A stretch of DNA of 64,000 nucleotides from Octopus vulgaris (Eukaryota), in NCBI GenBank assembly GCA_951406725.2, contig OX597817.1:85746001-85810000 (forward strand), read 5' to 3'. The position numbers were made by a program, and so were the translations under genes. The number at the start of each line of letters is the position of its first letter. Within the stretch, counting starts at the first letter, position 1. Below are positions 1 through 13,352 of this stretch, one piece after another. The notes beneath the pieces are model-generated. The model did not search any database, was not told the origin of the DNA, and saw nothing but the letters and a program-made list of their open reading frames with translations.

Positions 1-237
1 CCATTTAGGGGTCAATACAATTATTTTCTAACCTCTTTCTTTCTGTCTCTCTCTTTCTGTTGATTCTTTTCAACCATCACCATCACAAGTATGACCACCC
101 TCGCTACCACAACTGCCATACACACCATTCAGACTTCTCATGCCACCACTATCAATACCTCTGACTTTACTGCCTTCCCCTCCACCACAGTCTTTTACAT
201 CACTTACTATCACCATTGTCCCTGACTGTTTCAGCCA

Positions 238-1076
238 CCACCACCATAAACCCAACCAGTACCTTAAGTACTTAAACATTAATTCTAATCATCACAAATT
301 CGCCTTCAATAATATAGTTGACAGTATTTCAATTCATATATCTGATCTCTCATCCACTGAAGAAATATTCAATAACCACACTCCATATTACTACTAGGGG
401 CTCACTGCCAGTGGCATCTCTCAAAAAATAAAATACATCACTAATGCTAGGCTCAAGCTACATATATCTCAAGTCATATCACAACATGCTAACTATCATA
501 ATCATAACAGACTATATGTGCACTACACTAGAACCCTGGGAGAACACAGATTAAAACAGCTTAGACCCCACACACACACACACAAATAACACTAGGTCAA
601 AAGCTAAAACAGCTAACAATAATGGGCCATATAAACTCCTCTAATTTCTAAAAATATAGATTATACTACAACTAAAAAAGTGGTGGACACTCTATTCTAT
701 GGTATACACCTCCCTTCTCAGTAAATGTTAAGAACTTAGCCTAATCCTTTTTTAATATATTTGACTCCAACTTCCCTCATCAACATAAATATTACTTTAT
801 CTTTAATAGATCTGCTTTAAAGCTACCCTACTCTTCCCTGCCCAACTTTGAGTCTATCTTAACAGCCTCTAATAGATGCAGACTTTCTCTCTATTATCAA
901 GATATACTCCAAAACAACTCTGAATACATGAGCACCCAACACATACTAGCTCCAATATCGAACCCAATACTTTAGACCATAACCAAAACCCAACCAATCT
1001 TACTAACACTAACCAGAATACTAGTATCCAAACTTACACCACAAATACACATAGGATAAATAATAACAACGATAGA

Positions 1077-1115
<39 letters not shown>

Positions 1116-1560
1116 AATAATAGTAATAATAGTAGTAATAATAATGTTAATAACATAAATCAGTCTACCCCCATCTCTAACCTCTCCCTAGAATAATCCT
1201 CAGAACAATCCCCAGAATGCACTACCATGTGACAACCACCCTATAATTATTTGCTCTCTACAAATCCATTGCAGAAGGTCTAACGTAATTTACAAATGCC
1301 CTGTCCTCAACACACTACACAATTCTGCAACCATATATATAGGGTCAACTATAAATTTTAAACAGAGATATGCTGCACATCTCAATTCTTTTAGATATGA
1401 GAAACACAGTAAATCCACAACCCTTACCAGTCACATACATCATCTTAAAAATAGGAATATTCCATATAACTTATCATGGTCCATAATAGATTCAGGGTCT
1501 CTATACCAGGATCAATGCCCAGCCTGTAAGCTATGCCTAAAAGAGGCATTCCACATATAA
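238..1560 (+). mobile_element. 5'-truncated, degenerate Penelope-like retroelement (Naiad-type RT thumb/linker + GIY-YIG endonuclease)
   Basis: Manual translation gives three pieces. ~240-397: HKPNQYLKYLNINSNH..ISDLSSTEEIFNNHTPYY (RT thumb). 694-876: ILWYTPPFSVNVKNLA*SFFNIFDSNFPHQHKYYFIFNRSALKLPYSSLPNF (linker). 1228-1560: CDN..CSLQIHCRRSNVIYKCPV..IYIGSTINFKQRYAAHLNSFRYEKHSKSTTLTSHIHHLKN..LSWSII..CKLCLKE (GIY-YIG). In-frame stops are present. Confidence 0.85.
1058..1153. repeat. (AAT)n microsatellite inside the PLE relic
   Basis: Direct reading. Confidence 0.9.
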
Positions 1561-1851
1561 AATCATAGCTAAATAAGTATAATGCAACCACTGCGTTTTT
1601 TGTATCTTCAAATATTACCGCAGATCAAAATGTAGCTTAAATCACCAATTGAATGAACAGCACATGGAATTAATATCTGCACACTATCCATTTGTAATAA
1701 CAAATTATGAACTCCTATCAGAATTTACATACCATGGACAAGAAACCTCTTTACCCATTCTACACAACACATTCCTTGGATAATGGAACTGCAATTGTAA
1801 CATCTAACATATATTTTAATTTTTATTCTATTTCCCTTTATACTTCCTATA

Positions 1852-2259
1852 TACTCTTTTTACTCTTTTACTTGTTTCAGTCATTTGACTGCGGCCATGC
1901 TGGAGCACCGCCTTTAATCGAGCAACTCGACCCCGGGACTTATTCTTTGTAAGCCCAGTACTTATTCTATCGGTCTCTTTTGCCGAACCGCTAAGTAACG
2001 GGGACATAAACACACCAGCATCGGTTGTCAAGCAATGCTAGGGGGACAAACACAGACACACAAACACACATACATATATATATATATACATATACACGAC
2101 AGGCTTCTTTCAGTTTCCGTCTACCAAATCCACTCACAAGGCATTGGTCGGCCCGGGACTATAGCAGAAGACACTTGCCCAAGATGCCGCGCAGTGGGAC
2201 TGAACCCGGAACCATGTGGTTGGTTAGCAAGCTACTTACCACACAGCCACTCCTGCGCC
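1852..2259 (-). mobile_element. tRNA-derived SINE, family A (full length)
   Basis: Reverse complement of GGCGCAGGAGTGGCTGTGTGGTAAG (A box)...GGTTCAGTCCC (B box), internal (TA)/(TG) tract and (AAAAGAGT)n tail. More than 10 copies in the window. Confidence 0.9.
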
Positions 2260-2293
2260 CATCTCTACCTTTCCAAAATAATTTCTTATATTG

Positions 2294-2924
2294 TGCCACT
2301 CCCAAACAGTTGAAGGAATCAGAGGGAGAGGTAGACCCAGGAAGACATGGGATGAGGTAGTCAAGCATGACCTCAGAGCGTTGGGCCTCACTGAGGCAAT
2401 GGCGAAGGACCGAGATCTCTGGAGATGTGCTGTGACTACAAAGACCCAAGTCGCTTCCGGCTCCAGTTCCGCATAGCCCCTGCCCATTCAACGTACCTTG
2501 GATCCTGGAATGTCTCGCTGTGCTTGAGGAGACCTGTTGAGTCAAGTGCATGTACACGAACATCAAAACAAATATCAATGGAAATAGTAGTTGTGATATC
2601 TGTGTCGGTGGCACATAAAAAGCACCATCCGAACATGGCCGATGCCAGCGCCACCTTGGCTGGCTTCTGTGCCGGTGGCACGTTAAAAGCACCAACCGAT
2701 CGTGGCCGATGCCAGACCCCTCCCTGGCACCTGTGCAGGTGGCACGTAAAAAGCACCCACTACACTCGCGGAGTGGTTGGTGTTAGGAAGGGCATCCAGC
2801 TGTAGAAACACTGCCAGATCAGACTGGAGCCTGGTGCAGCCCCGGCTTCCCAGACTCCGGTCGAACCGTCCAACCCGTACTAGCGCGGAAAACGGACGTT
2901 AAACGATGATGATGATGATGATGA
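2294..2924 (+). mobile_element. RTE-clade LINE 3' end
   Basis: ORF end VEGIRGRGRPRKTWDEVVKHDL..DRDLWR, 3'UTR and (GAT)n tail. Homologous to 39663-40290 (-). Confidence 0.9.
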
Positions 2925-2963
2925 TTGAACTCTACTATTTCCTTCTATTTAAATCTCTCATAT

Positions 2964-3014
2964 CGTCTCTAATGATGGGGTATCCTTTATATCCCTGAAA
3001 AGGCTGTAAAACTG
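2964..3014 (+). ncRNA. Degenerate type I hammerhead-like motif (PLE 3' region)
   Basis: CTAATGA-tggggtat/atatccct-GAAA-aggctGTA. The core is mutated (CUAAUGA), so it is probably inactive. Confidence 0.4.
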
Positions 3015-5340
3015 CCTTTCTCTTTATAAATGTCCTAGAAATTTCACACTGCCTTGGCTTTATTGTCTCATTTTATTTAACACACATACACACACACACA
3101 CATATAAACTGGCCTCCACCATTAAAATGCACACTGCTCAACATCTTAGAGTGTGCTTCTCCAGATTTATGTTTTCTACAAACGGTGTGTGTGTGTGTGT
3201 GTGTGTAAATTGTTATAAATCCAAACAAACAAGTGAAGGGATAGAAGAAATGCAGTTGGAAATGTACACAGAATAAATTACAATTAATTAGAATTTAATT
3301 ATATCTTAAAATATAGGAATATTTTTGACAGGTTTCACAACAGATTTTCAAAAGTGTATACAGTACATGTTTACAATTCTGTGTATAAATAGATATTTGA
3401 GGTACTTATAAAGGTAGGGGTAAGTTTATATTAGATGCATGTAGATGTGCATATGCATGTGTGTGTGTGTACATACTCTTGTATGTATAGATATGTAGGT
3501 TTATATCATTGTATTTGTGTGTGTAATATACATACACACACATATGAGTGTATGTATGAGTATGTATATGTATATATATGTTTATACACATTTATATAAG
3601 TAGGTATGCTCATATACTTGTGTGTGTGTATGTGTGCATGTGTGTGTGTGTGTGTACAGGTTACTGAAACTTAATGTTTCTTGTGAAAGAAACAGTTACT
3701 ACTAAATTTGGTGGTATATTTATGCTCATTATATGTTTGTGTGTGACGGTTCGGTGTGAGTGTGTGTCCATGTCTCTGTGCATGCTGTTGGCCTCTTGTT
3801 TGTGTCCATCCAGTGGTTTGCTTTTTTTGCATTTGCTTTTTGACTGTTGTTCTTGTGTCCTTTCAATGGCTATTTTCAATGACTTGACATTTACTTTCCT
3901 TGAATTTGTTAAAGATGGATGGATGTGTTCTAACTTGTTTTGTTGTTTTATTCTTGCGATTTATTTTTATTGGGCAGTATATGTAACCAATTAATCTGTT
4001 ATTATAATTATGAATGTTTATATGGGGTTTTTTTCAAGTTTTTATAGGGGTGTGTTGTATGTGTTTGCAAATATTCCTGTTATAGGAGAATGATTATGTT
4101 GGGGGAATATTGTTTTGGTCAAAGTTAAGGAATTTGAAAGATATGTCTTGTTTGTTTGTGTATTTTGTGGAAGCCTTATTTGAATCAAAAGACATTTATG
4201 AAAGAATCTAGAACAATCTCTTCTTATAAATTGCATTTTATGGTTGAGTGGCTTGTGCTAATGTGTTTTGAATTTTGTTAGAAGGTAGGGTCTAAGGGCT
4301 TCTTTAAGAGCTGGAAAGTTTGGTGTGGTACTGAACTCATCTGTTAAACTAATTAAACATTTTTGTTTGTTTATTTCATGTACTTTTTGAATTATAAATC
4401 TTTAAGTATGCTTGCTTTTGTGTTTGTGTGTATGTGTGTGAGAGAGAGAGAGAGAGCACATGTTATAGTCAAAGGTTTTTTCTCTTGTGAAATAATTCAT
4501 ATATGTATCTATATGTACATTGATGCATGTGTGTTGGTATGTGTATGTATATATATATATATGTACTTGTTAATGTCTTATATAAATTTTTGTTTATTCC
4601 ATGTCAGACCATGCCTTACCTGACAGATAGGTCTCTTGATCAGGACACATTTGTGCAATTTTTCACAAAAAATTTCATTGAGCTTCCAAATCCTGTCTTC
4701 TTATTAGGTAAAACTGATTAAACTTTAAACTTCAGGAACATTTTTCTACAATTTTTCTGGAACAAATAAATAGCAAAATCGAATTTTAATATGCCTCAAG
4801 AAAATCCATCCAACCCTTTTGCTCGTTTTTCCAGCATGTTCAGCACTTCACATTGTCTTGGCTTAACAGCCCTCACCCTTTGTTTTTACTGTTTTGTTCT
4901 CACAGTCCTGTTTTTGCTACCACTTTCACCCTCTGCAAAAAATCCCAAATTCTATTTAATTTGCTTTGCGGGAAGGACTGTTTTAATGAAGTCCCATCTT
5001 GTCCTTACCTTCGAAACATGGAGTAGATAAAACAGGGGACAACTGATGAAGGGAATGTTCTTTATGTTGCATGTCTCATTTCTCTGTTTGCTTGTTATTT
5101 TCGTTATTCGAAAAAAAAGTTCGTTTTCTATGTTTTTGTTTTTTATGTTCTCATTTCTCATTCTGTCCACATTTTTTTTAATGTCCTATACCCATTTATG
5201 CATATATACATACATGTATATGTAGGTATGCACATATATGTATGTATATATGCATATATTTATATATTATTTATATTATTATATATATATATATTTGAAA
5301 TTTACAGAAAGCAAAAGACAAAGACAGGTGCATAAACAAC

Positions 5341-5398
<58 letters not shown>

Positions 5399-5401
<3 letters not shown>

Positions 5402-5711
5402 GTTCAGTGGATAGAGAGTTGAACTCACAATCATGAGGTAGTGAGTTCAGTTCCCAGAACAGGCTGTGTGTTGTGTTCTTGAGCAAGACACTTTATTTCA
5501 TGTTGCTCCAGTTCACTCACTTACAGAAATGAGTTGTGATATCACTGGTGCTAAGCTATGTTGGCTTTTGCCTTTCCCTTGGATAACATCAGTGATGTGG
5601 AGAGGGGAGGCTGGTATACATAGGCAATTGCTGGTCTTCTATAAACAATCTTGCCCAGACTTGTGTTTCGAAGGGGCAAATCATTCATGACCGAAGGGGG
5701 TCTTTACCCTT
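5399..5711 (+). mobile_element. tRNA-derived SINE, family B
   Basis: tRNA-like head, TTCTTGAGCAAGACACTTTATTTCATGTTGCTCCAG central domain, 3' CATGACCGAAGGGGGTCTTTACC. Paralog at 8723-8989. Confidence 0.8.
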
Positions 5712-5736
5712 TTCATATATATATATATATATATAT

Positions 5737-6098
5737 GGAGGTACAATGGCCCAGTGGTTAGGGCAGTGGACTTATGGTCATAGGATTACAGTTTCATTTC
5801 CCAGACCAGGCGTTGTGAGTGTTAATAGAGTAAAAACACTTAAAGCTCCACAAGGCTCCGGCAGGGTTGGTGAAGAATCCTGCTTTCTCTCACTCTTTCT
5901 TCCTGTTTCTGTTGTACCTGTATTTCAAAGGACCAGCCTTGTCACACACTGTGTCACGCTGAATCTTCCCAAGAACTATGTTAAGAGTACAAATGTCTAT
6001 GGAGTGCTCAGCCACTTGCACATTAATTTCATGAGCAGGCTGTTCCATTGATCAGATCGACTGGAACCCTCATCATTGTAACCAACAGAGTGCCACAA
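5737..6098 (+). mobile_element. tRNA-derived SINE, family C
   Basis: GGAGGTACAATGGCCCAGTGGTTAGGGC A-box head; flanked by (TA)n on both sides. Confidence 0.65.
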
Positions 6099-6144
6099 CA
6101 TATATATATATGTATTAGAAGGTTTGGAGATGATGTACAAGTAT

Positions 6145-6265
6145 TATATATTAGAAGAAATGAGGTACTCACAAATCTTGATGGTTTTATATTTGCAGAT
6201 ATTTATCTGTAAATAATAAATATCTGTAAATATAAAACCATCCAGATTTCTGAGCACCTCATTTC

Positions 6266-6277
<12 letters not shown>
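6145..6277. repeat. Inverted repeat, 62-bp arms with 9-nt loop, in (TA)n
   Basis: 6145-6206 vs 6216-6277, ~4 mismatches. Confidence 0.9.
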
Positions 6278-6336
<59 letters not shown>

Positions 6337-6353
6337 TCTTTCTTTTTTTTCAG

Positions 6354-6389
6354 CATCAAGAAGACATAATTGAAAAATTAAAATTGGAG
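6354..6389 (+). CDS. UACA/RAI14/ANKRD24-like gene, internal exon (HQEDIIEKLKLE)
   Basis: Polypyrimidine-cag acceptor, GAG|gtattt donor, 36 bp, phase 0/0, coiled-coil composition. Confidence 0.65.
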
Positions 6390-7964
6390 GTATTTGCATT
6401 TTATTAAATTTGGTTAATCTATATGAGTTGGATGGTTCAGAATTGTTAAAATTGCTTTATAATAGTTACTTACATTTGCTATTGCTAATTCCTTAACCTA
6501 TAAGGTAAGAGTTAAGATTAGCATAAGAATATTAAATATCTATTTAATAAACTCAGGCCAAATAAGTAGTGCACTTTGTTTAACATTTTAAAAAACAGTC
6601 CTCAACCATATTTGATATCATTTTATATTGTAAACTAATATTTGGTTTTATATCCTCTTGGAAAATAACTCTCTGCACAGAGTACCACATTTCTAAGCTG
6701 TAGATTTATCAGTCAAAATCAAGTTGTGCAGCAGAATACAGGCTGAGAAATCTAAACTATGTGTTAATGATACAAACTTCTCAACCAGAAATTAACCCTT
6801 TCATCCATTATGCCTCTACAACTGCATATCAATGATCTAAATACTATTTGACATTGAACTAAAACAAAATATTTCTTCATATCTTCAGGTCGTGTCTTAA
6901 TGTCTGAATTATCAATGTGTTTCACTTAACTATTTTAGTCCCAACCCAGCTGAAACCACTTCTGGTTTTATGATGCAAAATTGTCTAATTTAAAATGTTT
7001 ATGTCCTAATTAAAAGTTTTATCATAATTTTATCTAAAACTTTCTCATTAAGTTATGTCCTAAAGACAAGTTAAATAACAAAATATTTGTTTTGATAAAT
7101 ACTTTTAGAGTCTTGATTATTTTCAAATTTAATTAAAACATTAAAATTGAATTTGATTAAAACACTAAAATTTAATTTAATTAAAACATTGAAATTAGCA
7201 GCGTATTAGAAACATGGTCTCAGAACAGTTAACCAATGGCAAGTTTCTTAAAAATATATATTTCACAAATTTGAGGTCAACAGAATCTGTAATGAATTGT
7301 AGTTTCCATAGTTGTTGTTTAATCACAGGTTATTCTGGATCAAATAGACCTTTAGCATGTAAGATAGTCTATTGAATAGTTAAGCATGATCCACAAATAT
7401 ATAGTTTCCCATATCACCTCCTAACTTTTATCACACTTGCATGTTACCTGCTATTCTGTATTAATTTTCCATTGCTTAACCATCATTTAAACTGTGACAA
7501 GCATCTTTTCTGTCAGATGTTGTGGTGTATATTTCTCAGTTTTTATCTGGTATGTATTTCTCAGTGTTTTTTAAAGCAATAAGGTGTGATTTGAGGGAGA
7601 TTTGGCTACTAACTATGGTAAGTCAAGCAACTGTGTAACAACCCATTCAACAGTTGGAATTTCCATAGTCATAAGTGGATGGAAAATAACAAAAGACTTA
7701 GATAGGATTCTAGCTTGTTGTAGATAACTACATCAGAAATACTGGTACCTATTCTCAACAGCAAACAAAATTAGACCCATAGAATAGTGTTTTGTTAAGG
7801 TTATTTCTACAGATACTCTATTGAACTTATAGCCATCACTGAATTTTGCTACATTTCGTATCAAGAGGTCAAATGTAAACAGACAATGTACCTACAAATC
7901 TTTAACATAGAATAGTGTCCTTCTCCAAACACAAAAAGAAATATCTGCAGTGGATGTGAACATA

Positions 7965-8350
7965 GGCATAGGAGTGGCTGTGTGGTAAATAGCTTGCTTA
8001 TGAACCACATAGTTCCAGTTTCAGTCCCACTGCGTGGCACCTTGGACAGGTGTCTTCTACTATAGCCTCGGGCCAACCAAAACCTTGTGAGTGGATTTGG
8101 TAGACAGAAACTTAAAGAAGCCTGACGTATATATGTATGTGTGTATATATGTGTGTCTGTGTTTTTCCCCCAACATCGCTTGACAACCGCTGCTGGTGTG
8201 TTTATGTCCTCGTAACTTAGAAGTTCGGCAAAAGAGACCGATAGAATAAGTACTAGGCTTACAAAGAATAAGTCCTGGGGTCGATTTACTCAACTAAAGG
8301 CGGTGCTTCAGCATGGCCACAGTCAAATGACTGAAACAAATAAAAGAGTA
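7965..8350 (+). mobile_element. SINE family A
   Basis: Full-length match to the copy at 1852-2259. Confidence 0.9.
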
Positions 8351-8477
8351 TATGAGTCATGAGTTAGTTTTTATCCTCTCAGCCATTTTTTCTGAACCTT
8401 TAGAAAAATAAAAGGTGGAATTCTAAAAATATGATAAGAAGAAAAAACTTTACATAGCATTGTAAGAGCTATAGCTG

Positions 8478-8529
<52 letters not shown>

Positions 8530-8598
8530 GGAGTAAACACATAAATGTGAAACAAGGTGGAAAAAAGAGTACTCAAATACCAGTGGTAGAGTAATATG

Positions 8599-8660
8599 CT
8601 TTATTTTAAGCAGCAGAAAATTCAACAATTTTGTTGAATTTTCTGCTGCTTAAAATAAAG
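8599..8660. repeat. Perfect 30-bp-arm palindrome with 2-nt loop; right arm partly re-duplicated at 8674-8700
   Basis: CTTTATTTTAAGCAGCAGAAAATTCAACAA tt TTGTTGAATTTTCTGCTGCTTAAAATAAAG. Confidence 0.95.
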
Positions 8661-8722
8661 TATATATATATACTTTTCTGCTGCTTAAAATAAAGTATAT
8701 ATATATATATATATATATATAT

Positions 8723-8989
8723 TGTGTGTGTGTTGTGTTCTTGAACAAGACACTTTATTTCATGTTGCTCCAGTTCACTCGGCTGTAGAAAGGAGTAGTG
8801 ACATTGCTGGTACCAAGCTGTATTGGCCTTTGCCTTTCCCTTGAACAACATATGTGGCATGGAGTGGGTGAGTGTTATGCATGGGCAACTGCCAGTTTTC
8901 CATAAACAACCTTACCCGTCTTGTGCCTTAGAGGGTAACTTTCTAGGTGCAATCCCATAATCATTCATGACCGAAGGGGGTCTTTACCA
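8723..8989 (+). mobile_element. SINE family B, 5'-truncated
   Basis: Homologous to 5465-5711. Confidence 0.8.
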
Positions 8990-9540
8990 ATTCATATTTA
9001 CACATATATATGTGTTTGTTTTTAGACTCAGTTATCGAGTTATATACAAAAATAATTTAACATTCAACTGAAGAATAACTCATTACTTTTATTCGAGTGC
9101 ATGTTTTAGTAGAGTACATGTTTATTACACTTTTTATTAAACTTTTGCATAGATAATCTGCAAGCTAAAACTTCAAAGTCAGCCTTTTCCTTTTAAAAGT
9201 TTAATAAATGCATATATATAAATATATGCATGTATTAAACTTATATGACACATACACAAGAACTAAACTTATATGAGACATACACAGGAGCTAAAATATT
9301 TATAGTGGGGTTTACCTTAATTTCCTTAATATATATCCATGCTAGCATGGAAGGCAGACATTAAACGATGATGAGGATGATGTATATTATACCCTCAATA
9401 CATACATACACACACACATACATACATACACGCACACATACATACACACACATACACACACACATGCATGCATACATACATACATACATACACACACGCA
9501 TGCATGCATACATACATACATACATACATACATACATACA

Positions 9541-9571
<31 letters not shown>

Positions 9572-9811
9572 TCATTGTGAGTTAGTCCGTAAGTCACAAA
9601 CAAAAGTACATTCAATATAAATAATAAGAGTGGGTATATTTTTACATCATTAAACAATAGATTACTGGTTCTGGTGTGTCACTGGTCAAGATGTTACCAT
9701 CAGTTTCATGTAATGTCAATATTGTCTGTTGGCAATATTTGATGTGAAACCAATGGAAACATCTTAACCAGTTATATATCATAACTAATAATGTGTGTGT
9801 GTGTGTGCATC

Positions 9812-9843
<32 letters not shown>

Positions 9844-9848
9844 TACAT

Positions 9849-9891
<43 letters not shown>

Positions 9892-10564
9892 TACACTCAC
9901 ACACAGAATCCGAGGCAGAATATACTAAATGAAGGTACTTAGGTAAATTCTTAATTTTTTTAATAATTTACCTTGAGAAAAGGGAAGCTGAACAAAAACA
10001 GTTTGGTCATTGTTAGCAATTCTGATTAGGTGAGATAAAATTATGTTCATTCACGGTTTTCCTATATTATTTAATTATATTATCATGGTAGAATCACATA
10101 CAATCTGACTTGCATTACAAAAGAGCTTGACAGCTACTAACAAGGTGATGTTTCTACCTCAATAAGCATTACTGGAATAGAATGTACATGAAAGAAATTT
10201 TTAAAAATTAGAAATATATTCAGTAGACCCCTCTGTCAGTGTTGTAATTCATATATATATACATACATGTGCATGTATATATGATATATGTAAATGAAAA
10301 CAAGACTAGTTTTGATTAGTTTGAAGAACACTAGTAATATAGTGAGGGAGAGGACTGTGACTCATCAAGTAGAGTTTTCATCCTTTTCACAAGGAATTGA
10401 AGATACATTATCTCACTTTCTTCACAATGATCATGTGGAGTTTGTCTTACATAATAACACTCACAGGCACACACACATAGGCATACACGCTCACAGAGAT
10501 GAAAAGACACAGATACATGCACAGACACACAAATACACACACACACACACATACACACACATTT

Positions 10565-10596
<32 letters not shown>

Positions 10597-11169
10597 ACAT
10601 ACATATATACATACATTCATGTGCACACATACACACACATTTTCTCTCTCTCTCTCACACACACACACATTTTCTCTCTTTCTCTCTCTCTCACACACAC
10701 ATACATACATACATATATACATACACTCATGTGCACACAAACACCACACATAGACATACATGCAAGTACAAACACTCACACATATACACAAACATACATA
10801 CACAAACACACACAGACATGCACTCACACATACACACATATATTCATTCATTTCCATTGATAGTTCTTGAATATTTTAACTAATTAGGTCTTAGATTCTT
10901 TTTCATTTTTGTTAACGAATCTCTCACTTAATGGTGGGATAGAGTTTATTTTGATATCTTGGCTGGTTTTTTATTGGGTTTTTTTTTTGTTTTTGTCTGT
11001 TTGTTTTTGTTTTTGTTTTGTTTTTGTGTCTTTTTGCTAAAAAAATTCTGAAACTCTGACAAGTTGAATCGTTAATTAAGATTAGTCTATTAATTTAAAT
11101 CAAGTAAATTTTAACAAGAATTTACCATAAAATTTTAGAAGTAATTTCATTTTCCTTCTTCATTTGCAG

Positions 11170-11268
11170 ATAAAGAATATAGAAATCCTTCTTTCAGAAG
11201 AGAAAGAGAAAAATGCCATTCAAAGAGCAGAATGTGAAACATTACAAAATATGTATGAAGCCACTCAG
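11170..11268 (+). CDS. UACA/RAI14/ANKRD24-like gene, internal exon (IKNIEILLSEEKEKNAIQRAECETLQNMYEATQ)
   Basis: ttttccttcttcatttgcag acceptor, CAG|gtcaga donor, 99 bp open, phase 0/0. Confidence 0.8.
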
Positions 11269-12102
11269 GTCAGAAATTGAGAGGGGTTTAGGGGTTGGAT
11301 GGGGGGGGGGGGGATTTTTCGGGTTGGAGTATTAATTATTTATAAAATACAAGAAAAAACAAATTACCATCTTATTTCTCCTTGCAGGTTATTATTGTAT
11401 GATATAAAAACAGCTCAACTTATCAAGCAATTGTTTAATACAAAGAGTGACGATGATGATGATGATGAAGGTCTTGCCAAGATGATAATGAAAATGACAA
11501 CAACAATGATGATCTTCTTTTTCTCTTCTGTCTCATCATCATCAATATAATCATCACATTGTTGTCATCATCACTATCATCCCCATCACCATCATCATCA
11601 CCACCACCATCAACTATTATCAGTAGAGTCACTATGGAAATAATTATACATTTACCTAGCTTACAAAACTATCGAAAGAGTTGATCGGGCATTTTTTTTT
11701 CCTTTTTAAGCATTTTCTGATTTCTAAATTTTCTAATTCTACTCTTATTCAATCTTCTTACTGTTTTTCATCAGTTATCTTTTAGAATGAAATAATTTAA
11801 TAAAAATTTATATATTTCTGCCAAGTGTTATTGTAGGAAGCATTTTTATGTATGTCTTTCCTACAATTAACCACTCAACTGGGAAATCTGAGTGAAACTT
11901 GTCATCACAGTTGATAAAGACCAGTAATTCTCTAGCTGTCATTTGTGACCATATGGGTGGTAATCTATCTATACCATTTTGTGAATGTTGAAGAGGAGAG
12001 CATATATCTGTTGATAAATAGGTTTATTTTGATGGTGATATTGATAACTTTCAAGAGAACCACTCAGCAACCGACAGGTTGTTTGCAGTTGTTGCAATTT
12101 TA

Positions 12103-12164
<62 letters not shown>

Positions 12165-13209
12165 TTCATGTTGTTATTGCATTTTTCTTCCCCTAATAGT
12201 TTTTATTTTCATATTATTTTGGCTTTCTTTTTCCCTAAAAGATGTTATCTTCACATTGTTGTTGTTTTTCTTTTTCTAACAGTTGTTATTTTCACACTGT
12301 TGTTGTTTTTGTTTTCTTATAGTTGTTATCTTCATGTTGTTTATATTCCTTCCTCTTATGACTGTTAATCTTCATATTTGCCATTGTTTACTGATTTAAT
12401 GTTCAATAGAACTTGTTATGTAAGTGTTATTTCACTTACGTACAAGACCACACAAGAAGTTGAATACATAGAAACAGCTCAGGGTACTTCACTTTAGTCT
12501 GGAGAATAAATAGATTGTGAAAGGCAAATAAACTAATGCTATACATGATATTCCAATAACTTATCATGAAAACATGAAATATAGCAAAAACAAAAAGGAA
12601 GTGGAGCTGTGATAGTTGATATTTCAAGTGAATTTGAAGAACATTCTCCTGATTAGAGAGAATTTCATTTATTTAGCCTTATCACAGATTTCTTATGTTT
12701 TCTAAATAAGCATTTAGAATTAAACATCTCCCAATAACAGCAAGTTATCCAAACTAAACCCATTTCCCTAAATTCTAACCTACAGTATTAATGACATTTG
12801 CTTCATTTCACTATAATTCCTTTTACAGATTCTTGGACTGTTTGTTTAATTTCATGCACTCATAACTTCTCCTTTACTGATTCCTAGATTCAATATGTTT
12901 TAGTAATGATTTCTCAACCATACAACTTGGCATCACAGACTTTGGATTTGCTGGGTTCTTTTTCATATTTTTTTCCCTGCATTCTAGCATATGTTACATG
13001 TTATGGTACTAATTTTTCATTAGCCTACCTTTTACTTTGGTTTCTAGTCATTATGCATCTGACATTTTTGGCTTTTTATTCTCTTATTTTTCAATGTTTT
13101 CCCACATAACTTAAATAATTTTTGCTGTGCTGACACCATTTCTTTCTTTAAAAAATAACACTTTAACCGATGAAATGCCATGCAAATGGCCAAATAGCTA
13201 TCAGACAAC

Positions 13210-13352
13210 ATGCTGGCAACGGCAACAATCGGTTGGTGCTTTTTATGTGCCACCAGCACAGAAGCCAGTCAAGGCAGTGCTGGCATTGGCCACATTCGGA
13301 TGGTGCTTTTTACGTGCTACTGGCACGGGTATTGCAACTACAATTTCCATTC
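13210..13352 (-). mobile_element. RTE LINE 3'UTR fragment
   Basis: GGTGCTTTTTATGTGCCACC units shared with 15680-15815 and 39890-40010. Confidence 0.75.

Noticed and set aside
238-1560. Possible selenocysteine recoding in the Naiad-type element
   Set aside because: The in-frame stops I saw are TAG/TAA, not TGA at cysteine positions, and no SECIS was recognised.
7965-8040. tRNA-like A/B boxes
   Set aside because: These are SINE heads with no complete cloverleaf, not tRNA genes.
10320-10440. Possible extra exon (LKNTSNIVRERTVTHQVEF...)
   Set aside because: Poor acceptor and donor, no coiled-coil character, and not required for frame continuity.
9361-10860. ORFs up to 188 aa rich in HT/YI/CV dipeptides (also near 25.9k, 28-29k, 34k, 48k and 58-59k)
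   Set aside because: They are translations of (CA)n, (TA)n and (TACA)n microsatellites, with no splice or homology support.
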